Shown here piece by piece: positions 10,197 to 20,880 of a stretch of DNA of 64,000 nt (positions are counted from its first letter, which is position 1; the number at the start of each line of letters is the position of its first letter). The DNA comes from an uncultured delta proteobacterium (lineage in GTDB: Bacteria; Desulfobacterota; Binatia; Binatales; Binataceae). The translations under genes were made by a program, and so were the position numbers. The notes under the pieces were generated by a model that was not told where the DNA came from, did not search any database, and was given only the letters and a program-made list of their open reading frames with translations. The stretch spans positions 352,001-416,000 of the forward strand of contig CAVQEQ010000003.1 of assembly GCA_963711565.1 (NCBI GenBank). Direction: 5' to 3'.

Positions 10197-10340
10197 TTAG
10201 TGAGGCGCTCCGTCGTCGTCAGTCCACGGCGGCGGCGCCGCCAGCCGGTACATTATATACAGCAGGATCGACATTGCGATCGGCACCGACAGCACCCGCA
10301 CGATTCCCTGGTGCAAAAACCACGAAAATACGTCTCCCAT
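10197..10340 (-). CDS. Small single-pass membrane protein (47 aa), absent from the ORF track
   Basis: MGDVFSWFLHQGIVRVLSVPIAMSILLYIMYRLAAPPPWTDDDGAPH fills the gap between cytochrome b and subunit IV. Confidence 0.65.
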   Translation of the reverse strand: MGDVFSWFLHQGIVRVLSVPIAMSILLYIMYRLAAPPPWTDDDGAPH

Positions 10341-10360
10341 CCCGCAGCCTCAGTCCAGTC

Positions 10361-11134
10361 CTAGAGCGGCCCCGACATGCCGTCGCGGCGGATTCGCCAG
10401 AAGTGCACCGCCATGAAGATGCTCGCGATCAACGGAAAAAATATGCAGTGCAAAATGTAGAAGCGCAGCAGCGTATGCGGTCCGATCTCCGCGCCGCCGA
10501 AAATGAACGCGCGCGCGTCGTAAACCGGATTCACGCCGAGCACTTCGTGGAACGGGCCGCCATGCCCAAGCAGCGGCGTCGCGCGCGCCATGTTCGATCC
10601 GACCGTCACCGCCCAGATCGAAAGTTGATCCCACGGCAGCAGGTAACCGGTGAACGACAGCAGCAGCGTCAGCACCAGCAGGATTACGCCGACCACCCAG
10701 TTGAATTCGCGCGGCGGTTTGTAGGAGCCCGTCATGAACACGCGGAACATATGCAGCCACACCGCGATCACCATCCCGTGCGCGGCCCATCGATGCATGT
10801 TGCGCATCAGCATCCCGAACGGCATGTCAAACTCGAGATACTTCATGTCGGCGTAGGCGTACTCCGCCGTCGGTCGATAGTAGAACATCAGGTAAACGCC
10901 GGTGATGACGGTCACGAGGAAAAGCAGGAACGTGATACCACCCATGCACCAGGTGAAGCGCAGGCGCACCGTATGCTTCTGCACCTTCGACGGATGCAAA
11001 TGCAGGAAGACGTTGCCGGAGACCATGAGGATCCGGTTGCGCGGCGTGTCTTCGTAGCCGTGCCTGAAGATCGACTGCCAGGCCTGCGAGTCGGTTATCT
11101 GGCGCTTGGTTTCGTTCCAGTCAAACTTTGCCAT
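10361..11134 (-). CDS. Cytochrome b6-type N-terminal subunit (PetB/QcrB type)
   Basis: WCMGGITF (heme ci-type Cys), RNMHRWAAH...LHMFRVF, TGYLLPWDQ, RFYILH...VHFWRIR heme-b ligands. Confidence 0.93.
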   Translation of the reverse strand: MAKFDWNETKRQITDSQAWQSIFRHGYEDTPRNRILMVSGNVFLHLHPSKVQKHTVRLRFTWCMGGITFLLFLVTVITGVYLMFYYRPTAEYAYADMKYLEFDMPFGMLMRNMHRWAAHGMVIAVWLHMFRVFMTGSYKPPREFNWVVGVILLVLTLLLSFTGYLLPWDQLSIWAVTVGSNMARATPLLGHGGPFHEVLGVNPVYDARAFIFGGAEIGPHTLLRFYILHCIFFPLIASIFMAVHFWRIRRDGMSGPL

Positions 11135-11374
11135 CCGCTACCACCCGAAACTTCATGGAGCCGCCCGCGCGGGCGCTCACAGCATTCTCTCTCAATGCAA
11201 ATACCGCGAAAGAGTAAAAAATTCCAACGCTTGCGACTCGATCCTCGCGGTCCTGCTCGAAATCCGGCGTAAGGCTACCTAATTTTGCCCGCTCTCTGCA
11301 ACAAAAAAGAGTCATTGAACCGGGATTTTTTGCGATACGCTCGCACGCCGGAAAGCGAGCAGTCCCGGCAGGAG

Positions 11375-11420
11375 AAAAGTGAAACCGCCGCCCCGATTGA
11401 ATCGGGCCGGCGGTTTTCTT
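11375..11420 (-). terminator. Terminator hairpin downstream of the first S53 gene
   Basis: AAACCGCCGCCCCGATT-G-AATCGGGCCGGCGGTTTT stem with T-rich flanks. Confidence 0.6.
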
Positions 11421-11449
11421 CATCACGTGAGCCTCGGCGTCCGCTCAAA

Positions 11450-11855
11450 TCATTGCTTCGGCTCCTTGCCGCTGCCCTCGAGCTTGACGCTCTTGTCGTC
11501 ACCCACCTCGAGGTTGGTGTCTATTGTGAGCGTGCCGCTGTACTTCATCGCGGCGGTCGGCGCGAATTCCACCGAGACTTCGCAACTGCCAGGGGCCACG
11601 CCTTTGGATTTCGGGCCGAGGTCATCGTCGTTGCATTCCTGGGTCAGCGTGAACGGACTCCCGACGCCGGATTCCATCTCGATCAGAATCGGCAGCGGGA
11701 CCTTTTTCTTTTTTACCTTGCCCGCGTTGGTGATCTTTAGCGTCTTGATCTTATTCGAGCCCACCTCAACGGCGCCAAAATTCAGTCTCTTGGGCGAAAT
11801 CTTTAGCTTGCCGGGGACCGGAGTCGGTGTTGCGGTTGGGGTCGCAGTGGCGGTT
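11450..11855. repeat. ~400-bp direct repeat, copy 1 (C-terminal domain coding sequence)
   Basis: About 10 mismatches by eye versus 16033-16438; identity ends at the stop codon. Confidence 0.92.
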
Positions 11856-14800
11856 GCAGTTGCCGTTGCTGTCGCAGTAGCCGTAGCGGTTGGGGTCGCG
11901 GAAATCGTGAGCACGTCGAAACCGGTCGAGGCGTTCGACGCGAGCAACTCGCCAGTACCAGCGAAGGTCGCAGTCAGAGTCTCGAAACCAGCACCGCTCG
12001 CCGTTACCTGACAGGACGCGATGCCTTGCGCGTTGGTCGGCGCATTGCAGTTTTGCCCGCCGACGGAGAAGTCGATGGTCTCGCCCGAGAGCGCTGTCGC
12101 TGGACTCTGCGAGACGTTGGTCAACGATCCGATGAGGGTGACTGTTTGTCCAGGAACGGCACCCTCAGGACTCTGGTTGAGGCTGACGAAGGTAGTGTCG
12201 GAACCAGGGCCCCAGGTCACAACGGCTTGATTGGAAGTAAGCGGCGTACTGCTGACGGTGGTGGACGCCGTTATGGTATCGACGCCCTGATGCGCGGCGA
12301 CGTAACTGAACGACGCCTGCCCGCTTGCGTTCGCGATCACCTGCTGGACCTGCGGGTTGGCGCCGGTGACTGTGAACTGGATCTGTGTTCCCGCTGGAGG
12401 AGTCGTGTAGTGGATGCTCGCATTGAAGGTCTGGGACGTCCCCTGTGCCGGATTCGGCGACACCGAAGTCGGCGATAGTACAATCTCCGGAGACGTGAGA
12501 GCGCTCGCATAAGTGCAGTCGCCGGCGGTGTCCGTGATCCTGAAGACGGTGGGCCCCTGCGAGGCGTAGATGCATCCGTCGGTGCCGATGGTCAGGAAGT
12601 TGGCGCCCGCTTTCGTGGCCAGCGGGGTCGCCAATGTCGGTGGAGTGGTCGTCAGGTCAACCTCGTTAATGCCAACGACAGCATCGTTCACGAATGGCGT
12701 CCCAATCAGAGAACGTCCCCGCACCGGTCCCGCCTGCCAGTAATCCCAGATTGGCGAGCTGTAGGCCAGAAAGAGTGGTAACGGTCGGCGTCGTCGGACC
12801 ATTGGTACCGCTTATTTCGGCGACGTTGACCTCTGAGCCGTTGAAGGTCCACGCGTAAATCGTTCCTCCCGGAGCGAAGGCCAAGGTCGCATTGGGACCC
12901 GGCGACAATGTGGTGTACACAGAGGTGGAGGGCGACGCACCGCCTGGATCGGAGACGCGCCAGACCGAGGTGTTTGCGTAACTCTCGGTGCATGTGTCGT
13001 CGGTAAATAGATCTCCGCTGAGCGGATCGATCGAAATTGTCGTGGGACAAACCTCAGTGGAAGAAATCGTTCTTGTCACCGTGCCATTGGAGGGATTGAG
13101 CTGGAGTATAGAGCCGGTCGTGGAACTCGCAGAGCTCACATCCAGGCTGGCAAACAAATTACCGCTCGAATCGAAGACCAGGCCCGACAGCGTCTGGCCG
13201 AGCGAAGTGCTGTTGAGCTTCGTGCTGGGGCCTGCCGCGCCGCCGCCGGGCGGGAACTTGTAGATATTCCCGGTGGTGAACTCGTTGACGTAGAGATTCC
13301 CCGAGCTGTCGAAGGCGATCCCGGTTGCTCCCTCGCAGTCGAAATTGACGCCAGTGCCGCCGCCGGTAGTGAGGCTCTGGACTGTAAAACCCGTCGCGTA
13401 GGGCGTGATGACGAATCCCGGCGCAGCGACCGGAGCGGGGCTGGCGCAGGCGTTGCTCGGGTCGCCGCTGAACGTCACGACAGCAGAGCCTGGAACCGGC
13501 AAGCTGCCGTCGGTAACGTCCACCGCCGTGTAGGTAACCGCCTCGCTGGCGATATCGGTCGCGTTGAACTCGATAGTGCCTTCAGCGCCGGTCACCTGCG
13601 GGCTCGGGCCAGTGACCACCGAGCTGCCGGTTTGCGATATGTTGACCAGCTTGCCCGGCGTCGGCCGCCCCAGCGAATCCTTGAGCGTGACCGTGATGGT
13701 GGAGGCCGAGGTGCCGTCGTTAGCAACGCTGGTGAGATTCGGGACGATGCTCGCACTAACGGCGGGTGGAGTTGCGAAGGTGACGCCTGGCGTAGTGCTG
13801 GGTGTCAGTGTGACGCCGTCCGTCGTGTCTTCCGCGGTGAAGGTAGTTGCCTCGGCAACCAGGTCGGTCACCGTAAAGATTACTGCTCCGTTATCGACCG
13901 TCGAAGGACCGCTGGCCGCGCTGATTTGCGCACTGCTGCCTGAGTCCGCGGTTAGAGTCACCGTCTTGCCGCTCACGATATTACCGTCGCTATCGAGCAG
14001 CCTAACCACCACGTATGAGGGCGTTGCACCGTCGGCGGGGATAGTTGATGGCGGTGTGGCTCCGCTCAGCGGCGAAGGGATCCCCACACCAACCGAAACC
14101 TCAGAGATGGTGGCGTCAACGGGACCAGCGGTGTCCCCGAGCAACTTGAGATGAAGAGCGTCAACATTTGGTGATCCAAGTCCGACGTGAGCAAAGTCAC
14201 TGCCCATCGATGCTGCGTCGTGAAAAGCCGTGGAGCTGGCGAACGGATAGATTAGCGGGTTCAGGAAGCCCAGGTTTGTCCCCTGAGATTGGTTCAGGAG
14301 CGCAGCGTAAACAGCCCACGTTGGCGTCGAACTGCTCGTTCCGCTGTACAAGCCACCGGTCGGACAGCCGCCCGCGCTGGCCTCGCAGATAACCACGCCC
14401 TCCTCTGGATCGGCGTTAGCTACAACATCCGGTACCGAGCGCTGTGCGGTACCGCTCAACGTCGTTTGGTAGCTTTTGGCGGAGAAGAACTTGCTCACTC
14501 CGAAACCACCTTGGCCGGTGGGCGGAGTGTCCGTAGTTCCATCCCACCAGGTCTCTGAGCCGTAAGTCGCTCCCGGTCCTAATGCGAGCGAGGATCCGCC
14601 GACCGCGGTCGCATTCGGCGAATCCGCAGGCACCGAAACCGTATTGGCTGCTCCGTCGAGACAGGTGCTCCCGCTGTCCCCGCTTCCGTTGAAGATTGAG
14701 ATTCCGCCGGCAGCGGCATTCTGAAAGATCAAGTCGATGCTCTGGACGTCGGCTAGAGTGGTTTCGTCCTCGCAATAGGCCCAACTGTTGCTGATGATCG

Positions 14801-15905
14801 TGGAACCGCCACTGATTGCGGCATTGAAGAGCGATTGAAAGCTGGCGCCGGACCCTGTGAAAGGTTGGTCATACACCACGACCTTTGCGCCGGGGGCGCC
14901 GGACATTACGTCGTCGATATCGAGTAGTACTTCGTCCTGGTTGGGACCCGGCGATGCGCCGCCATTTACTTTGACTTCGGACAGATTGGTTATCTGCGTA
15001 GCCGGCGACCCGACCAAGTTGAGAAAGTCGGCCACATCGCTCTGCTGGAAGGTGTCAAATTCGATCAGGCCGATGGTTTGTCCGGTGCCATCCACTCCGA
15101 GAAATGACGGTGCCGGCGGATCCAATCCGAAGGGCGCTTTGCCGGTCGGAACAATATATTTCTTCTGCGCCGCGTAGCAGGTCTTATATGCATTTTGTAT
15201 TGCTTCGGTCCCGTGGTTCACGATCGGGATTTGAAGCAGGGCGCAAACAATACTAGCGCCAATCAACCTGATCGCGACAACGTCGGAATGGGGCGTAGCT
15301 AAATTCGACAGACCTGCAATCGCTTCCAGGTGCAGAGCCAGGTCAGCCGGCACAGCCGGATCGCGATCATTCGCAAAGAAGATCCGCTTGCCAATCCTAT
15401 AACTGCTGATTCGCAGATCGAACGCGTTTTGCGCCTGCCCGCGCGTTCCGCGCACCGAGAGCGTCAATCGATTTTTCGAGCCGCCGGTGACCTCGAATCC
15501 GTTTTTCCTGAGATACGCTGCCAGCTGCCGATATTCGGAGCGTGAAGGACCGAAACGATCTGCGATTTGGTTCTGTGAAAGAAAGTGATGAAAATTCTTC
15601 GAATGCGGATCATAGATCTCGTGGAGGTAACGTTCGAATCCGGCCTGGTCGTCATGCTTGAGAACGATCGTCAGCGTTATCGGCGCATTCTCATTTTTGG
15701 GATTCGACGACGGAACCAGGGTCGCCTTGGTCAGCGCCGGCAACACATGACCGGGCAAGCGAACCATCGCCGGCGCGGCGTCGGCTTGTTCGGTACTTGC
15801 TTTAGCTGTCGATGATCTCGCCGCTAAAACCACCGCCAAAAGCGGAACCAACAGCCATAGGCGGCGTCGAGACAACTGAGCCGGACTTCCCATTTTGATC
15901 CCCAT
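11450..15905 (-). CDS. Secreted S53 (sedolisin/kumamolisin) protease with pro-domain, Big_1/invasin Ig domains, beta-propeller and C-terminal ASH-like domain; +1 frameshift near 12710
   Basis: Signal peptide, pro-domain, DEVLLD, SGDSG, GTSSSTP. ORFs 12666..15905 and 11450..12802 join if one base near 12710 is removed (TF-LIGTPF), which matches the paralog. Confidence 0.85.
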
Positions 15906-16032
15906 TCTTAACTGGCGATGACGAATTTAGACTCGCATCGACCATTACTTCATCGGCAATGCGAGATTCAAGCTCAAATTTACGCTCAAATCTCTTTTCA
16001 CCGCGTCAGAACAAATTTCGCCCATCACCTTG

Positions 16033-16438
16033 TCATTGCTTCGGCTCCTTGCCGCTGCCCTCGAGCTTGACGCTCTTGTCGTCACCCACCTCGAGGTTGG
16101 TGTCTATTGTGAGCGTGCCGCTGTACTTCATCGCGGCGGTCGGGGCGAATTCCACTGAGACTTCGCAACTGCCAGGGGCCACGCCTTTGGATTTCGGGCC
16201 GAGGTCATCGTCGTTGCATTCCTGGGTCAGCGTGAACGGACTCCCGACGCCGGATTCCATCTCGATCAGAATCGGCAGCGGGACCTTTTTCTTCTTTACC
16301 TTGCCCGCATTGGTGATCTTGACCGTCTTGATCTTGTTGGAGCCCACCTCAACGGCGCCGAAATTCAGTCTCTTGGGCGAAATCTTTAGCTTGCCGGGGA
16401 CCGGAGTCGGTGTTGCGGTTGGAGTCGCAGTGGCGGTC
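16033..16438. repeat. ~400-bp direct repeat, copy 2
   Basis: Near-identical to 11450-11855, offset 4583 bp. Confidence 0.92.
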
Positions 16439-19400
16439 GCGGTTGCAGTTGCAGTGGCGGTGGCGGTTGGAGTCGGCGGAGTTAGTCCCACGACCGTGAA
16501 TGGCCTGGAGTCGCTCGACGGATTGTATTGCGAGGTTCCAGGGAAGTTCGCGGCAAGTCTCATGAGTCCAGTGCCCGATGGCGTGATCTGACACGAGGCG
16601 TTGCCGTTGCTGTCGGTTGTGGCGCCGCATCCCGCGCCGCCGATGGTGAAGTTCACAGTTTCACCCGCAAGCGCGACTTGAGGAATCGCCGATTGATCCG
16701 TCAGGTTCGCCGTCACGGTGACAAGTTGGCTCGCGGCCGCGCTGGACGGGCTCGCGTTGAGAGTAAGGAAGGTCACATCCGATCCGGGTCCCCAGGTGAT
16801 GACGGCCTGATTCGAGACGAGCGACGAACTGGCCACGGTCGCCGAGGCTGAAATGGTATCCACTCCCTGATGGGTCGCGGTGTAGGTGAACGATGCCGCG
16901 CCGCCTACGCTGTTGGCCTCGACAAACTGCGGGTTCGCCCCGGTCACACCCAGCAAGACCGGCGTTCCATCGGTGACGGTGACATTGTGGAAGCGTGCCG
17001 TGAACGTCTGCGCGCTGCCCTGCGGCGGGTTGGGCGAGACGGTCGTAGGCGTCAGAACGAGCGATGGTGCCGAGAGGCTGGCCACAAAGCCGCAAGTGCC
17101 GTCGGGATTGCTGATCCTCAATACTTCGTTACCATTGGCAATATAGAGGCATCCGTCGGGACCGAAAGTCGCGTTCTCTGCCGCGGGGACGATGCCGCTA
17201 TTCACCAGGATAGAGCCGGTGCTGGGAGGGTTGGTGGTGAGATCAAGCGTGGCGACCGCGTCGCTGAGCGTGCCGATTGCGGTGCCGAAGATAAGGAACT
17301 GCGCTCCGCCGCCTTTTGCGGTTCCCGATGCGGCCAGAAATTCTGCCGCCGGCATCGGGCCGGAGAGCACGTTGACGGGAGCCGGTTGAGTGCCGGCGGT
17401 GCCGCCCACCTCGACGATTTGGCCGTCGCCGGCATTGCCGAACACGTAGATGGTCCCATCGGCCGCGAAGGTAATCTGGTAGTTGCCCTGATTGGGCAGG
17501 GTCGCGTAGGTGGAAACTGTGGGAGTGGTCGCAAGATTGGAGATACGCAGCAGCGCGCCGCTACCGTTGGGACCCTCGCAACCATCATCGACGAAGAGAT
17601 CGCCACTGAGAGGATCGACCGCCATCTCGAGCGGGCAATTGAGATTCCCGGCAACGGTGTTGAGAACGGCGCCGGTGCTCGGATCGATTTGAAGCACGGC
17701 GCCGGTGCCCAGATTGCTGCCAGTCGAGCCGCGGACCGCGTAGAGGTTGCCGCCGTCGAATACCAGTTGGCCGAGGAGGGGACCGATGGTGCCAATCAGA
17801 TTGCTCGCGCTCGCGGCGCCGCCGCCTGATGGAATCTTGTAAATGGCGCCGTTGAACTCCTCGCCTACATACAGATTGCCCGAAGCGTCGAACGCGAGGC
17901 CCCACGCCCCGGGGCATCCGCCAAAGTCTCCGCCTGCGTATGAGAAGTTTTCCGAAAACAATCCGGTGACATACGGAGTGACGAGGTACCCCGGTGCCGA
18001 CATGGTATTTCCGTTTCCGCATCCCGTTTCGGGCCCGCTGCTGAAGGTCACCTGGGTGGTTTCGGGGAAGGCAAGATTGCCGTCGGTCACATCGGTCGCC
18101 GTGTAAGTGACGGTCTCATCGTCAGTGTCATATCCTGTGAACACGATTTGGCCCGCGGAGTCGGTGACCTGCGGAATGGGCCCAGTGATGACAGAGTTGC
18201 CGGTCTGATTGAGCTGGATCTGCTTGCCCGGCGATGGACGCCCGAGTGTGTCCTCGAGCGTCACGGTAATAGTGGTGGGATGTGCGCCGTCAGCAGTGAC
18301 GGTCGTCGGGAACGCAGTCAGCCCGGCCGACGTTGCGGGCGGCGGAACGAATGAGAGTGTAGGTTGCTGCGCCAAGATTACGCTGTCGGTCACATCCGTA
18401 GCAGTAAGAGTAAGATTTTCAGTGTTGAGATCGGTGATGGAAAAGACCGCGGCGCCGTCATTATCTGTCACGGCGAAGGGAGGGGTAATCGTGGCACTGC
18501 CGGCGGCTGCTGTTAGCGATACACTCTTACCACTGATTGGAAACCCGTTGGTGTCCGTAAGGACCGCCTGCGACAGCGCGGTGGTGACGCCGTCGGCGGG
18601 GGCAGAACCGTCCGCGTTGGCCCCTGCCGCGAATGCAACCGAGAGACTCGGGCTGGCCGCGCCTGGGGATAAGCCGGTTAGAGCCAGCCGCAACTGCAGA
18701 AAATCGGGCGATCCCAAGCCGACGTGCGCGAAGTCGGAACCCAACGATGCCGCGGAGTGGAACGCATTGGTATTTGCCAGCGGATATAAATGCAAGTTGG
18801 CGTTGCCGAGGTTGGAGCCCAGCATCGCGTTCAGGGCGGCCGCGTAGGCCGCCCATTCCGGCGCCGCCATACTGGTCCCGCCAAAGCGACGCCCGCTCAG
18901 ACAACCGCCCAAATCCGCCTGGCAAATCTGAAGGCCCTGCGCCGGGTCAGCATCAATCACCACGTCCGGTATCGAGCGCATCGTGGAGCCGCTCAATCCG
19001 CTTTGGTAAGCCGGGGCGGGGAAGAATTTACTTACGCCGTAACCACCCTGCCCCGTGGGTGGCGTATGACTGACGCCATTCCACCACGTCTCGCTCCCGT
19101 ACGTCAGGCCGGGGCCGGGCGCGGGACTGGTGCCGCCGACAGCGGTCGCATTGGGAGAATCGGCAGGCACTCCGATGGTGTTTGCGCTGCCGTCAAGGCA
19201 GGTGGTGCCGGAATCGCCGCTGCCGTTAAAGACGCTAATCCCGCCCGCCGCGGCCGATTGGAGAACCGTATCAATGCTTTTCACCTCGGACAGTGACATC
19301 TGGTCTTCGCACTCTGACCACGAGTTGCTGATGACAGTATCGCCATCGTCGATCATGGCTTGGAACATCGTCCCAAACGAGGTTCCATTGGGGGCGTCGT

Positions 19401-20578
19401 AAACGACGTAGCTGGTCGCGGGCAACGCAGCCAGCGACATTACCGTATCGACGTTGAGCAGAACCTCTGACTCCCCTGGTCCCGGTGTCGCCACGCCGCC
19501 GTCCACCGGCACTGTGCTTAGCTGTCCGAAGTCGGCGCCGCCGCCGCCCACCTCCAACCAGTCTTGTACATCGCTGGGCGTGAATGTGTCGAACTCCAGC
19601 AGGCCGATTTTCTGTGGGTTGGTGCCCAGATTCGAGGCCGGGGCCGCTCGGGATGAATCTCTCGCGGCAGGTGCGCGCACACCGGCAAGGAAAGCGTTGT
19701 AGAAGTCGGCACACCCCTTGTTGGTTGACCAAATAGAAGAGTCGATACCCGCCAAGAGAGAACAAAGCCCATAAGCCCAGCCCGACGCGAACGCAAAACC
19801 GAGGCAGGCTACCTCGACAACCTCCGCCGCTGGCGGGGCCACCGTAATGATGCCGGCTTCCACAATACCAATCGCGGAAGGAGTGGTGGTCGGAGTTAAC
19901 GGGAAACAGAACGTCGTTGGTGACCTCCCAGTCCGGTGCGGACGCCGCAGGCCGGGCGGCCAGCCCGGTGTCCGGCGCCGAGCGGGACGGGATCGCGAGA
20001 TTTGACAAACCGGCAATCGATTGCACTCGCGACGCCAATTTGAGCGGCAACGCAGGATCGCCGTCATTGGCGCGAAAAGTCCGGCTACCGATGCGATAGT
20101 CCGCGATGCGCACGTCGAACGCGCGCTCTACATTCGCTCGCGTGCCGCGCATCGTGAGCGTCAAGCGATTCTTCGCGCCGCGTTCGAGTTTGAATCCCTT
20201 CGATACCATCCAGCGCAGGACGGAGTTGTACTCGGCGCGGCTCGGGCCGAAACGATTGGCAATCTGCCGCTGGGTCAGAAATTTGTGGAAATTTCTTGAA
20301 TGCGGATCGTAGAGGTCCTGCAGGAAGCGCTCGAAGGACGGCTGATCGTCGCGCTTGAGCACGAGCGTCAGCGTGAGCGGCTCAGTTTCGCTGGTGACGC
20401 TCGAAGGAACAATGGTTGCCTTCGACAGTGCCGGCAGCACGTAACCCGGCAGACGAACCATCGCGGGCGCGTCATCACCACGGTCGGCGCTCGCTGTTGC
20501 AATCGAGGGGCTAGCGAAGAAAAGCGAAGCTAACGAGAGAACCCACAGCCACAAACGAGCCAGAGAGAGAACTTTCAT
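16033..20578 (-). CDS. Second secreted S53 protease paralog with the same architecture; frameshift near 19910
   Basis: ORF 19271..20611 carries the signal peptide and pro-domain; ORF 16033..20067 carries SEVLLNVD, SGDSG, GGTSMAAP and the Ig domains. Start MKVLS at 20578. Confidence 0.85.
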
Positions 20579-20880
20579 TTTCAACTCTCTTGATTTCGAT
20601 CCCGCGTCCACCTTCGCAGGGCTCAGAAGCGAGCCAAGACTGAGCTAATCCAAGATATAGGGCAGCTAACTACTATTGCATTGAGATTGTGTCAAATAGT
20701 TCCTAGAAGCAGAACATGACTTCCAGCTCGCATTTCAGCTTCCAGCATGCATATTCCGGCGATTCGTGGCCATATATGGCGCTTGTGTGCCACAAACGGC
20801 GCGGCAGGAAACCTAACCGCCGGAGAGATTATGTCGCCCCGGCGGTTTCGGGATCGGAATGGTCAAGCTGTTCTATCAGC

